Source of the DNA: an uncultured Chlamydiae bacterium
Lineage (GTDB): Bacteria; Chlamydiota; Chlamydiia; Chlamydiales; Parachlamydiaceae
Assembly (NCBI GenBank): GCA_963754655.1
Contig: CAVWGN010000001.1
Location: 2,019,565 to 2,083,564, forward strand
Direction: 5' to 3'
Length of the DNA stretch: 64,000 nt
In this document: positions 47,845-57,992 of the stretch, piece after piece
Numbering within the stretch: position 1 is the stretch's first letter
How the letters are laid out: every line of letters begins with the position of its first letter
The notes under the pieces: generated by a model
Database searches by the model: none
Told to the model about the DNA's origin: nothing
Seen by the model: only the letters and a program-made list of their open reading frames with translations
Translations under genes and position numbers: made by a program

Positions 47845-48729
47845 TTACTCAATATTTTGAATTTGTTCGCGAATGCGCTCCAGTTCACTTTTGATATCGA
47901 TGACAGCGCGCGCAATATCGAGATCAGAAGATTTACTGCCAATGGTGTTAATTTCTCGATTTAACTCTTGCAGCACAAATTCGAGTGTCTTTCCAACAGA
48001 AAGGGTGGTCGAGTGAATCAATTCCTCAAAATGAGTGAGATGACAATAAAAACGAGTTAGCTCTTCCGTAATGTCAATCTTTTCGGCAAACAGAGCGATT
48101 TCACGCAAAATACGCTCTTCATTTTCTATATGGCCAGGCACTAACTCATTCAATCGGGCAATCAATTTTTCCCGATATTTCTTTGTAGCAAAAGGCATTT
48201 TTTGTTCAATCATCTGCAAGAATTGACGCATTTTTTCCAAGCGCTGCGCAATGTCCGCTTGCAAAACCGACCCCTCTTGGGTTTTCATGTGCAGAAACCC
48301 CTTCAGCGCAACTTCCAATGCCTGTTTTAAATATGCTCGGTAATTCTCTTCTTCCTCTCGATTCTCTTCATAACTTAATAAGCCTTCTGTCTGCTGTAAA
48401 AGAGAGAGGCGGAATTCATCGACGTCGAGTTTCAATTCTCTTGCAATTTCCTCCCAAGCTTCTTTAAGTTGACGCGCTAAGGGAAGATTGGGGCGAACAA
48501 GAAAAGGAACGGCCCCTTCAAAAGTGACATTGACTTTAATCGTTACTTGCCCCCTAGCAAGATAAGGTAACAACCACTTTTTCAACTCAATATCAAATTG
48601 ACTCAATTCACGAGGAAGAAAAACATTGACTTCCAGAAATTTACGGTTGACAGATTGAATTTCAACGACGAAGTGGCCAACCTTTGTATTTAAGCTTGCT
48701 CGGCCATAAGCTGTCATACTCTTTAGCAT
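47845..48729 (-). CDS. yicC: YicC-family protein (UPF0701, stress-induced/endoribonuclease family)
   Basis: 294 aa. N-terminus MLKSMTAYGRA and C-terminal EFVLQELNREINTIGSKS, the characteristic YicC N- and C-terminal domains. Confidence 0.9.
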   Translation of the reverse strand: MLKSMTAYGRASLNTKVGHFVVEIQSVNRKFLEVNVFLPRELSQFDIELKKWLLPYLARGQVTIKVNVTFEGAVPFLVRPNLPLARQLKEAWEEIARELKLDVDEFRLSLLQQTEGLLSYEENREEEENYRAYLKQALEVALKGFLHMKTQEGSVLQADIAQRLEKMRQFLQMIEQKMPFATKKYREKLIARLNELVPGHIENEERILREIALFAEKIDITEELTRFYCHLTHFEELIHSTTLSVGKTLEFVLQELNREINTIGSKSSDLDIARAVIDIKSELERIREQIQNIE

Positions 48730-48916
48730 AAAAATAGAGAATCGTCATTAGATTGAGAATGAGCTAATTATATTAAAAATTTCTTTTCTGTCAAGAAGCG
48801 TTAACTAGTACTGAGTTTATTAGGACTAGACTCACGTACAAGCCGCTTTCCAGCATTTCGTTGTGAATAAGCTATTCTAAAGTTCTCTATAAGCAGCTTT
48901 TTTTAAATCATTTAAG

Positions 48917-48955
48917 ATTTGACACTGACAGCCCTTCAGGCTGTCAGTGTCAAAT
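48917..48955. repeat. Perfect 17-bp stem / 5-nt loop hairpin in a divergent intergenic region
   Basis: atttgacactgacagcc-cttca-ggctgtcagtgtcaaat, followed by atttttag on the + strand. Confidence 0.85.
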
Positions 48956-49227
48956 ATTTTTAGTAAAAAATAATCTGAAGTGATTAAGGAAATAGTGAAC
49001 AGCCATTTAAAAGCCTATTTCCAAAAATAAGGCGAATAAATTTAGCCTAAATAGGCTAAATGTTAAATCTCCTATTATCTCAATTTCATTAATTTAAATT
49101 TTTAATTATATAATTAATAAATTATTTTAATTTAATTAATATTTATTTAACAATCACTTTATCTAATTTTTTTAAAATTGTCATAAATTAATAAATCGAA
49201 TAATTAATAATAAATCAAACTGGATGT

Positions 49228-51348
49228 ATGTATAATTATATAAATCATATTATTTACGATAATAAATATTATCAAAGGCAATTTGAAAACGATTTGCCAA
49301 AAGCGAATGTTATAGTCGGGATGGAGACTGCTAAAAGAGTTACTCTTATTGTTTTACCCTTTATCAGTTTATATGGACCTGCTGGAAAAGGAATTTCGAT
49401 CGCGATGGGATCTACGCGCTGTGTGACTCATCTTTTTGAAGGAGGATTGGCGCTGTATCACAAAGATGTTTGGGCTGTTGGCGGACACATGACTCAAGTG
49501 GCTTTAGCAGCCATGGCTGTTGCAGCAACAGTTTTTAGTTTTCAAGTTGGTTTGCTCATTACAACAGTTGCCGACATTGGGACTTCTTTAACAACTGTTA
49601 TGAATCATCTAACGGAAGGTGAATACGAAAAAGCTCTAGCCGAGATGCTCCAAGCCGCTTCTTCTATGCTTTATCTTTCGATTATGCTGACTGGATCATT
49701 GGAATTAACCTTAGCCTCTTTTCTCCTCCAAGGAGCGATATCGCTTTATCAAGCTCAAGATGAATGGAAGGCTGGCAGATGGCCTGAATTTATCGCAAAA
49801 TTGATCATGGGAAGCCTTCGATTCAATCAAGCACTTCAATATGTGGATCAGATCAAACAGCGGAATGCTTTTTTAGCCCTCGACAAATATGTCAAACTCA
49901 TGGAACAGGTCAAGAAGGGGCGCGAAGCATCACATTTGATCAACTCTCCCTTGCAAAACCCTGGACAAGAAGTAGTCATGGTTGATGCGGATGGCAATGA
50001 TTTTAACTTTGGCGAGAATATCAATGGATACGGCAAAGGCCTTATAAAAGGAATGAATTTACAGTTTCGCACCACTGTCATCAATGGAAAAAACATGAAG
50101 GAAATCGACTTTAAGGTTAATCATGTTTTTAGAGATCAGCTACAGATGATTGTCGATGGGATGAATGATTTTAATCCTAGTGAAATGAAAAGCTTTTTGG
50201 AATTAACACAGTCGCATGCTCATGGCATAAAAATTGAAAAGGTACCGTTTGAATTGTGCGCTGAAACAAAAAGAATAATTGGAGATGCTTACCAAATTAC
50301 CTTTGATGGGCTTGGTAAGGTTTTAATTGGTGCTTCTAAAGATATGCCTAATATGTACGACCGTATTCGATTTATTGTAGATTCAGACAAGTCCGTTTAT
50401 GATGTGCATGAAATGATGTCTTTTTTAAACTTGAATGATGCCTTTAAAACTTCTTCTGGAGATGATATTGAACGCTTAAAAATTGGACAGCTCTATCGAA
50501 TTTTTTATCCCAAAGAAGCGACTTTTTTAGAGCGAAGTGAGGACTATTTTGAACTTCCAACCGATCAATTAAAGGGAAAAATCATCGCCCAAAATCCTAA
50601 AATGCGATCTATTTTAGAAAAAATGCTTCCGACAATGACACCCGAGGAAATTCTGCCTGGACGCTTAAGATATGTGGTCCCCGAGATTTCTAAAATGATT
50701 TATGCTCAAGGAGGGCGAGCTCTTATTTCTACAATTACAGGAACTCATCACTCATCTGAAGAAGGATATAAACGCTTCGCTTCAATATTAAAAATGGGAA
50801 TGTTATCAAGCGATGTGCGTTATCGGAATGGAATGCAAGTAGGAGGGCTAAGTCCCAGTGCTGATTTCTATACAGGGGGTGCTGATAGTATTTTTACACA
50901 ATTTCTAACTAAAAAAGAGTTTGCAGAAAAGATGAGCTTAGACAATCTGTATAGTGGAGATATTCGCATATTAATCTCACTAGACGCATTAAATACAGGA
51001 ACCTATCAATATAATTTTGATGCGTATGGAACTAGACAAGTCAATAATAGCACATTTAATTTCTTTGATTGGAACACCTACTTGAATCGCCCAAATATTT
51101 TTGACTTTAGTAAGAAAGAAAATCAATCCTTCAATTTTGGAAATGAAGTGATGATTAAGGAGCGCTTAGATTCTTCTTACATTACTGGCGTGATTGTTCC
51201 TTCAGTTAGCATGCGCAATGGATTATTGCATACATTAAGAAGCCAGGGATTAGTTGCCTCAACGAATGGGGTAGAAACAATCATGAACATCCCCGTCCAT
51301 AAGTTTATTCGTGTGGCTGATCGATTATCTCATTCTATGCTTACATGA
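49228..51348 (+). CDS. Large hypothetical protein: N-terminal multi-TM region + ~500-aa soluble domain (candidate effector)
   Basis: 706-aa ORF. aa ~35-175 contain several hydrophobic segments (VTLIVLPFISLYG, VALAAMAVAATVFSFQVGLLITTVADIG, MLYLSIMLTGSLELTLASFLLQGAI). The rest is unmatched; the true start could be a downstream Met. Confidence 0.7.
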   Translation: MYNYINHIIYDNKYYQRQFENDLPKANVIVGMETAKRVTLIVLPFISLYGPAGKGISIAMGSTRCVTHLFEGGLALYHKDVWAVGGHMTQVALAAMAVAATVFSFQVGLLITTVADIGTSLTTVMNHLTEGEYEKALAEMLQAASSMLYLSIMLTGSLELTLASFLLQGAISLYQAQDEWKAGRWPEFIAKLIMGSLRFNQALQYVDQIKQRNAFLALDKYVKLMEQVKKGREASHLINSPLQNPGQEVVMVDADGNDFNFGENINGYGKGLIKGMNLQFRTTVINGKNMKEIDFKVNHVFRDQLQMIVDGMNDFNPSEMKSFLELTQSHAHGIKIEKVPFELCAETKRIIGDAYQITFDGLGKVLIGASKDMPNMYDRIRFIVDSDKSVYDVHEMMSFLNLNDAFKTSSGDDIERLKIGQLYRIFYPKEATFLERSEDYFELPTDQLKGKIIAQNPKMRSILEKMLPTMTPEEILPGRLRYVVPEISKMIYAQGGRALISTITGTHHSSEEGYKRFASILKMGMLSSDVRYRNGMQVGGLSPSADFYTGGADSIFTQFLTKKEFAEKMSLDNLYSGDIRILISLDALNTGTYQYNFDAYGTRQVNNSTFNFFDWNTYLNRPNIFDFSKKENQSFNFGNEVMIKERLDSSYITGVIVPSVSMRNGLLHTLRSQGLVASTNGVETIMNIPVHKFIRVADRLSHSMLT

Positions 51349-51501
51349 TTCAATTTTTACGCCGTGTACTGAGGTGTTTGCAAAATGCTAGCATTTTGTA
51401 AACATGCTCCTATCCAAGCACACGGCGTAAAAGCTCGGTTTAAGAAAAGGAAATGAAAAAGCTTTTAGTGAATCTTATTCGTTGCAGTAATCAATTTTCC
51501 T

Positions 51502-52893
51502 TTAGTCGTTGGGAACATTTGGATAAGGTTTGTAATGAACATATAGATCATTTAACCAGCTATTTATTTGGTTTCTAAAATGGTATTCCAAACTAATCAT
51601 GTCAATTTTCTGGCATGTATCAATTACCAATAAGGTTAGATTTCTCATCTTTTCAAGATATTGAATTCCTCCATTGTCGATATTAGGAAGAGAAACTAAC
51701 CGTAATGTTCTAAGACTCGGATAGGTAGCAATAATGTTCAAAGCTCCATTATGTAGGCCCACTAAATTTTCCAGGTGTAATTCTTTTAAATCATGCATGG
51801 CCAAAAGGTTCTTAAAACCCTCATCTTTTATTAACGGGCACCCTGCAAGGCGTAAACAACTTAAGCTTAATCCACTAATTTTTCTCAAAAACTCTCCCGT
51901 TATTCGAGGCGCAGAAAAAATCCCAAGTTTGTCCAGCTTCAGTTGACTTAAAGTAGAGGCACATTCATCGTCTGTGCAACCACGGAGATATAAGGAAGTT
52001 AAATTAGTCAAAGCCTTCAATCTTGCCAACCCTTGATTAGGGACATTTTGACCAAAAATACTCAGGTGTTGTAATCCAGTCAACTGAACAATAGGCTGAA
52101 AGCTGTCTGGTGTTGACATTGTACAATTACCTAAGATGAGATCCCGCAGTCCAGTTTGTCTGGGGAGGTGAGCAAAATCACTATCTGGAATTGGTCTATT
52201 TAGTGTCCAAAATTCTAGCCGCTTTAGAGAATTCGTACCCACAGAAGATATCAACTGGTCGTTTTCTCCCATATTGATTCCACGTATACCTAGAGTTTGT
52301 AACTTGGTGAGTGAATGGAGCACAGGCGTCAAGGCCGAGCCGTCCAAGTTGCAGTAATCTATCTCGAAGTGCTCAAGCTTTTGCAAGGCAGTAAAGCGTA
52401 AGAAGCTCTCAGAACTCAAGTTTGTCACTTTTGCACCCAAGAATAGTGTGTTGAGATTGGATAACTGAATCAGCGAGCTTAGAGTTTCGTCATTGAATGA
52501 ATGGCGAGACTGGTCATCATCAGGGGGTTTAATCTCTACAACTCTCAGGTCTTTGCAAGAGTGCTTAGACATCTCATTAAGCATAGCTTGTAGATAAAAC
52601 ACCTCTCTTGATTTCTTGATGATAATCTTATCAGTATATGTAAAGACTAGAGAATAGAACTTTTTGCTGGAACCCAAAAGGCCCTGCAACTGAATAAGGT
52701 CTGTTTGCTGGATGATAGTCATCAAGATATCGGTCGGTAAACTAGTAAAAGGTCCTTCTTCTTGAACGTCTGTTATTTGATTAGCCTCAGAGCTAACACC
52801 TTCTCTTCTTCTCTTTATGCCTCCTAATAATCTCTCTTCTAGAGGATCACCATAAGTCGTCATTGGTTGAATTGAACGGATGGATGTATTCAT
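51502..52893 (-). CDS. F-box-like + cysteine-containing LRR protein, paralogue 1
   Basis: 463 aa. F-box-like motif FTSLPTDILMTIIQQTDLIQLQGLLGSSKKFYSLV, followed by ~24-26-aa LRRs (LTNLTSLYLRGCTDDE, LRTLRLVSLPNIDNGGIQYL, LTLLVIDTCQKIDMISL). aggag RBS. Confidence 0.85.
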   Translation of the reverse strand: MNTSIRSIQPMTTYGDPLEERLLGGIKRRREGVSSEANQITDVQEEGPFTSLPTDILMTIIQQTDLIQLQGLLGSSKKFYSLVFTYTDKIIIKKSREVFYLQAMLNEMSKHSCKDLRVVEIKPPDDDQSRHSFNDETLSSLIQLSNLNTLFLGAKVTNLSSESFLRFTALQKLEHFEIDYCNLDGSALTPVLHSLTKLQTLGIRGINMGENDQLISSVGTNSLKRLEFWTLNRPIPDSDFAHLPRQTGLRDLILGNCTMSTPDSFQPIVQLTGLQHLSIFGQNVPNQGLARLKALTNLTSLYLRGCTDDECASTLSQLKLDKLGIFSAPRITGEFLRKISGLSLSCLRLAGCPLIKDEGFKNLLAMHDLKELHLENLVGLHNGALNIIATYPSLRTLRLVSLPNIDNGGIQYLEKMRNLTLLVIDTCQKIDMISLEYHFRNQINSWLNDLYVHYKPYPNVPND

Positions 52894-55800
52894 AATAGTC
52901 TACTCCTAAAAATGCATTGAAATGGATTTTATAAATTTTATTCGCCTTTAGATTGACGACATATCAATAATAAAAATTCTGTTAATATTTTTGAATTTCA
53001 AAAATTAATTAACTTTAAATCTTAGTTTATATAAATTTATTCACTTTTTTGCAATGTTTAACTAAAAATCAATCAAAAAAAATTTATAAATTTCAAATTT
53101 TTTAAATCTATTTCAAGACATTTAGTTGAATTATAAATGATTTTAGAACCTTTTAAACAAGAATAAGACCTAAAACAAACAATTTCTAGATATTCTTCCT
53201 TTACTCGTCGAGAACATGTAGATAAGGTTTGTAATTAATGCTTAGATTATTTAATCGGCTATTTAGGTGATTTTTGACAAGGTAATCTATACCCCGTGTG
53301 TCGATTTTCTGACATTGGTTAACTTCTAACGCTTGTAGATTTTGCATATTTTCAAGAGATTGAATTCCTTTGTTGTCAATATTAGGAAGGGAAACTAGGA
53401 CTAAATTTTTAAGAGTAGGATGCAGAGCAATCACCTTCAAGGCTGTGTTACTTAGACCTTCTAATTTTTCTAGGGCTAACCTTCCTAAATTTAAATTGAC
53501 CCAAAGGTTTATGAGATCTCGATCCATTATTAATGAACATTTGTCAAGGCGTAAAGATATTAATTTCAGATGGCTTATTTTTTTTAAAAACATTCCCGTT
53601 ATTCGGCTTTGTGGCCTGGAGATAATTGCAAGGTACCGCAGCTTCGGTTGAGTTAAACTAGAGGCACATTCATCGTCTGTGCAACCAGCGAGATGTAAGG
53701 AGGTTAAATTAGTCAAAGTCGTCAATCTTGCCAACTCTTGGTTAGGGATATTTTGACTAAAAAGACCCAGGTGTTGTAATCCAGTTAACTGAGCAATAGA
53801 CTGGAAGCTGTCTGGTGTTTGCGCTCTACAATTACCTAAGATGAGCTCCTGCAGTCCAGTTTGTCTGGATAGATAAGGAAAATCACTATCCGTAATGGGC
53901 CTGTTTGCCTCTTGTGTCCAAAGTCCTAGCTGCTTTAGAGAGGTCGTAGCCACAGAAGATATCAACTGGTCGTTTTCTTCCATATTGATGCCCCGTATGC
54001 GTAGAGTTTGTAACTTAGTGAGCGACTGGAGCACGGGCTTTAAGACCGAGCCGTCCACGTTGCAGTAAGATATCTCGAAGTGCTCAAGCTTTTGCAAGGC
54101 AGTAAAGCGTAAGAAGCTCTCAGCACTCAAGTTTGTCACTTTTGTACCCAAGAACAGCTTATTGAGATTGGATAACTGAATCAGCGAGCTTAGAGTTTCG
54201 TCATTGAATGAATGGCGAGACTTGTCATCATCAGGGGGTTTAATCTCTACAACTCTTAGGTCTTTGCAAGAGTGCTTAGACATCTCATTAAGCATAGCTT
54301 GTAGATAAAACACCTCTCTTGATTTCTTGATGATAATCTTATCAGTATATGTAAAGACTAGAGAATAGAACTTTTTGCTGGAACCCAAAAGGCCCTGCAA
54401 CTGAATAAGGTCTGTTTGCTGGATGATAGTCATCAAGATATCGGTCGGTAAACTAGTAAAAGGTCCTTCTTCTTGAACGTCTGTTATTTGATTAGCCTCA
54501 GAGCTAACACCTTCTCTTCTTCTCTTTATGCCTCCTAATAATCTCTCTTCTAGAGGATCACCATAAGTCGTCATTGGTTGAATTGAACGGATGGATGTAT
54601 TCATAATAGTCTACTCCTAAAAATGCATTGAAATGGATTTTATAAATTTTATTCGCCTTTAGATTGACGACATATCAATAATAAAAATTCTGTTAATATT
54701 TTTGAATTTCAAAAATTAATTAACTTTAAATCTTAGTTTATATAAATTTATTCACTTTTTGCAATGTTTAACTAAAAATCAATCAAAAAAAATTTATAAA
54801 TTTCAAATTTTTTACATCTATTTCAAGACATTTAGTTGAATTATAAATGATTTTAGAACCTTTTAAACAAGAATAAGACCTAAAACAAACAATTTCTAGA
54901 TATTCTTCCTTTACTCGTCGAGAACATGTAGATAAGGTTTGTAATTAATGCTTAGATTATTTAATCGGCTATTTAGGTGATTTTTGACAAGGTAATCTAT
55001 ACCCCGTGTGTCGATTTTCTGACATTGGTTAACTTCTAACGCTTGTAGATTTTGCATATTTTCAAGAGATTGAATTCCTTTGTTGTCAATATTAGGAAGG
55101 GAAACTAGGACTAAATTTTTAAGAGTAGGATGCAGAGCAATCACCTTCAAGGCTGTGTTACTTAGACCTTCTAATTTTTCTAGGGCTAACCTTCCTAAAT
55201 TTAAATTGACCCAAAGGTTTATGAGATCTCGATCCATTATTAATGAACATTTGTCAAGGCGTAAAGATATTAATTTCAGATGGCTTATTTTTTTTAAAAA
55301 CATTCCCGTTATTCGGCTTTGTGGCCTGGAGATAATTGCAAGGTACCGCAGCTTCGGTTGAGTTAAACTAGAGGCACATTCATCGTCTGTGCAACCAGCG
55401 AGATGTAAGGAGGTTAAATTAGTCAAAGTCGTCAATCTTGCCAACTCTTGGTTAGGGATATTTTGACTAAAAAGACCCAGGTGTTGTAATCCAGTTAACT
55501 GAGCAATAGACTGGAAGCTGTCTGGTGTTTGCGCTCTACAATTACCTAAGATGAGCTCCTGCAGTCCAGTTTGTCTGGATAGATAAGGAAAATCACTATC
55601 CGTAATGGGCCTGTTTGCCTCTTGTGTCCAAAGTCCTAGCTGCTTTAGAGAGGTCGTAGCCACAGAAGATATCAACTGGTCGTTTTCTTCCATATTGATG
55701 CCCCGTATGCGTAGAGTTTGTAACTTAGTGAGCGACTGGAGCACGGGCTTTAAGACCGAGCCGTCCACGTTGCAGTAAGATATCTCGAAGTGCTCAAGCT

Positions 55801-56020
55801 TTTGCAAGGCAGTAAAGCGTAAGAAGCTCTCAGCACTCAAGTTTGTCACTTTTGTACCCAAGAACAGCTTATTGAGATTGGATAACTGAATCAGCGAGCT
55901 TAGAGTTTCGTCATTGAATGAATGGCGAGACTTGTCATCATCAGGGGGTTTAATCTCTACAACTCTCAGGTCTTTGCAAGAGTGCTTAGACATCTCATTA
56001 AGCATAGCTTGTAGATAAAA
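52600..56020. repeat. 2 x ~1.71-kb near-identical tandem duplication inside the LRR gene array
   Basis: 52600-54310 and 54311-56020 are the same sequence by eye, apart from a T6/T5 run (53044 vs 54755), one a/c change in the intergenic part and one c/t change (54256 vs 55966). Gene stops at 53201 and 54911 are exactly 1710 nt apart. Confidence 0.9.
53201..54604 (-). CDS. F-box-like + LRR protein, paralogue 2 (chimeric: 5' part = paralogue 1, 3' part = paralogue 3)
   Basis: 467 aa. aa 1-~126 are identical to paralogue 1, and aa ~99-467 are identical to paralogue 3. Confidence 0.85.
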   Translation of the reverse strand: MNTSIRSIQPMTTYGDPLEERLLGGIKRRREGVSSEANQITDVQEEGPFTSLPTDILMTIIQQTDLIQLQGLLGSSKKFYSLVFTYTDKIIIKKSREVFYLQAMLNEMSKHSCKDLRVVEIKPPDDDKSRHSFNDETLSSLIQLSNLNKLFLGTKVTNLSAESFLRFTALQKLEHFEISYCNVDGSVLKPVLQSLTKLQTLRIRGINMEENDQLISSVATTSLKQLGLWTQEANRPITDSDFPYLSRQTGLQELILGNCRAQTPDSFQSIAQLTGLQHLGLFSQNIPNQELARLTTLTNLTSLHLAGCTDDECASSLTQPKLRYLAIISRPQSRITGMFLKKISHLKLISLRLDKCSLIMDRDLINLWVNLNLGRLALEKLEGLSNTALKVIALHPTLKNLVLVSLPNIDNKGIQSLENMQNLQALEVNQCQKIDTRGIDYLVKNHLNSRLNNLSINYKPYLHVLDE

Positions 56021-56314
56021 CATCTCCCTTGATTTCTTGATGATAATTTTATCAGTATATGTAAAGACTAGAGAATAGAACTTTTTACTGGAACCCAAAA
56101 GGCCCTGCAACTGAACAAGGTCTGTTTGCTGGATGATAGTCATCAAGATATCGGTCGGTAAACTAATAAAGAGTCCTTCTTCTTGAAGGCCTGTTATTTC
56201 ATTAGTCTCAAAGCTAAGACTTTCTCTTTTTCTCTTTATGCCTCCTGATGATCTCTCTTCTAGAGAATCACCGTAAGTTGTCATTGGTTGAATTGAACTG
56301 ATGGATGTATTCAT
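54911..56314 (-). CDS. F-box-like + LRR protein, paralogue 3
   Basis: 467 aa, same architecture as the family. Confidence 0.85.
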   Translation of the reverse strand: MNTSISSIQPMTTYGDSLEERSSGGIKRKRESLSFETNEITGLQEEGLFISLPTDILMTIIQQTDLVQLQGLLGSSKKFYSLVFTYTDKIIIKKSREMFYLQAMLNEMSKHSCKDLRVVEIKPPDDDKSRHSFNDETLSSLIQLSNLNKLFLGTKVTNLSAESFLRFTALQKLEHFEISYCNVDGSVLKPVLQSLTKLQTLRIRGINMEENDQLISSVATTSLKQLGLWTQEANRPITDSDFPYLSRQTGLQELILGNCRAQTPDSFQSIAQLTGLQHLGLFSQNIPNQELARLTTLTNLTSLHLAGCTDDECASSLTQPKLRYLAIISRPQSRITGMFLKKISHLKLISLRLDKCSLIMDRDLINLWVNLNLGRLALEKLEGLSNTALKVIALHPTLKNLVLVSLPNIDNKGIQSLENMQNLQALEVNQCQKIDTRGIDYLVKNHLNSRLNNLSINYKPYLHVLDE

Positions 56315-56612
56315 AATAGTCTGCTCCTAAAAATGTCTTGAAAGAGTTGTATTTATTTTCTTGGCTTTTGAATTGACAACATATCAATAAGAAAAAGTTT
56401 TTAAATATTTTTAAATTTTAAAATCAATTAATCCAAAAATTAATTTATATAGTTTTAGTCGTTTTTTTGCAATATTTAATTAAAAGATTAAACCAATAAA
56501 AATTTATAAAATTCAATTTTTATTGAAACCATTTAAAGAATTTTTATTTAACTATAAATAATTTTTAGGAATCTTTTACACAAAAATGAAGGCTGATATT
56601 CCTTATTAAAGT

Positions 56613-57992
56613 TTAGATAGGTCTGTAATGAATTTGTAAATTATTTAACCAGCTATTTATGTGATTTTTGATAAGGTAATCTATACCACTTATGTCGATT
56701 TTCTGACATTGTTGAACCAGCAACTCCTGTAGATTTGGCATTTTTTCAAGATATTGAATTCCTTCATTGTCAATATTAGGAAGAGAAGTTAGAGCTAATT
56801 CGCTAAGAGTAGGATGCTGAGCAATAATCTGCAAGGCTGTGTTATTTAGCCCTTCTAATCTGTCTAGATCTAACCTTTCTAAATGTAAATTGACCAAAAG
56901 GTTCCTGAGATCTACATCCGTTATTAACGGGCAATTAGTGAGGCGTAAATATGTTAATTTCAGATGACTCATTTTTTTTAAAAACTCTCCAGTTATTCGG
57001 CCTTGGGGCGTGGAGATAATCACAAGGCGCCGCAGCTTTGGTTGAGTTAAAGTAGAAGCACATTCATCGTCTAGGCAACCACCGAGAGATAAGGAGGTTA
57101 AATTAGTCAAAGTCTTCAATCTTGCCAACTCTTGAACAGGGATATTTTGACTAAAAAGGCCCAGGTGTTGTAATCCAGTCAACTGAGCAATAGGCTGAAA
57201 GCTGTCTGGTGTTGGCGTTGTACAATTACCTAAGATGAGATCCTGCAGTCCAGTTTGTCTGATTAGGTAAGCAAAATCACTATTCGGAATTGGCCTATTC
57301 GCTGTCCAAAGTCCTAGCCGTTTTAGAGAGGTTGTAGCCACAGAAGATATCAACTGGTCGTTTTCTTCCATATTGATGCCCCGTATGCGTAGAGTTTGTA
57401 ACTTGGTAAGAGACTGGAACACGGGTTTTAAGGCCGAGCCACCTACGTTGCAGTAATCTATCTCGAAGTGCTCAAGCTTTTGCAAGGCAGTAAAGCGTAA
57501 GAAGCTCTCAGAACTCAAGTTTACAACTTGTGCACCCAATAACAGCTTATTGAGATTGGGTAACTGAATTAGCGAGCTTAGAGTTTCGTCATTGAATGAA
57601 TAGCGAGACAGTTCATCATTAGGGGGGTTAATCTCTACAACTCTCAGGTCTTTGCAAGAGTGCTTAGACATCTCATTAAGCATAGCTTGTAGATAAAACA
57701 TCTCCCTTGATTTCTTGATGATAATTTTATCTGTATATGTAAAGACTAGAGAATACAACTTTTTGCTGGAACACAAAAGGCCCCGCAACTGAATAAGGTC
57801 TGTTTGCTGGATGATAGTCATCAAGATATCGGTCGGTAAACTAATAAAGAGTCCTTCTTCTTGAAGGCCTGTTATTTCATTAGTCTCAGGGCTAACACTT
57901 TCTCTTCTTCTCTTTATGCCTCCTGCTGATCTCTCTTCTAGAGGGTCAGCACAAGTCGCCATTGATTGAATTGAACTGACGGAGATATTCAC
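56613..57992 (-). CDS. F-box-like + LRR protein, paralogue 4
   Basis: 459 aa, same architecture as the family. Confidence 0.85.
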   Translation of the reverse strand: MNISVSSIQSMATCADPLEERSAGGIKRRRESVSPETNEITGLQEEGLFISLPTDILMTIIQQTDLIQLRGLLCSSKKLYSLVFTYTDKIIIKKSREMFYLQAMLNEMSKHSCKDLRVVEINPPNDELSRYSFNDETLSSLIQLPNLNKLLLGAQVVNLSSESFLRFTALQKLEHFEIDYCNVGGSALKPVFQSLTKLQTLRIRGINMEENDQLISSVATTSLKRLGLWTANRPIPNSDFAYLIRQTGLQDLILGNCTTPTPDSFQPIAQLTGLQHLGLFSQNIPVQELARLKTLTNLTSLSLGGCLDDECASTLTQPKLRRLVIISTPQGRITGEFLKKMSHLKLTYLRLTNCPLITDVDLRNLLVNLHLERLDLDRLEGLNNTALQIIAQHPTLSELALTSLPNIDNEGIQYLEKMPNLQELLVQQCQKIDISGIDYLIKNHINSWLNNLQIHYRPI

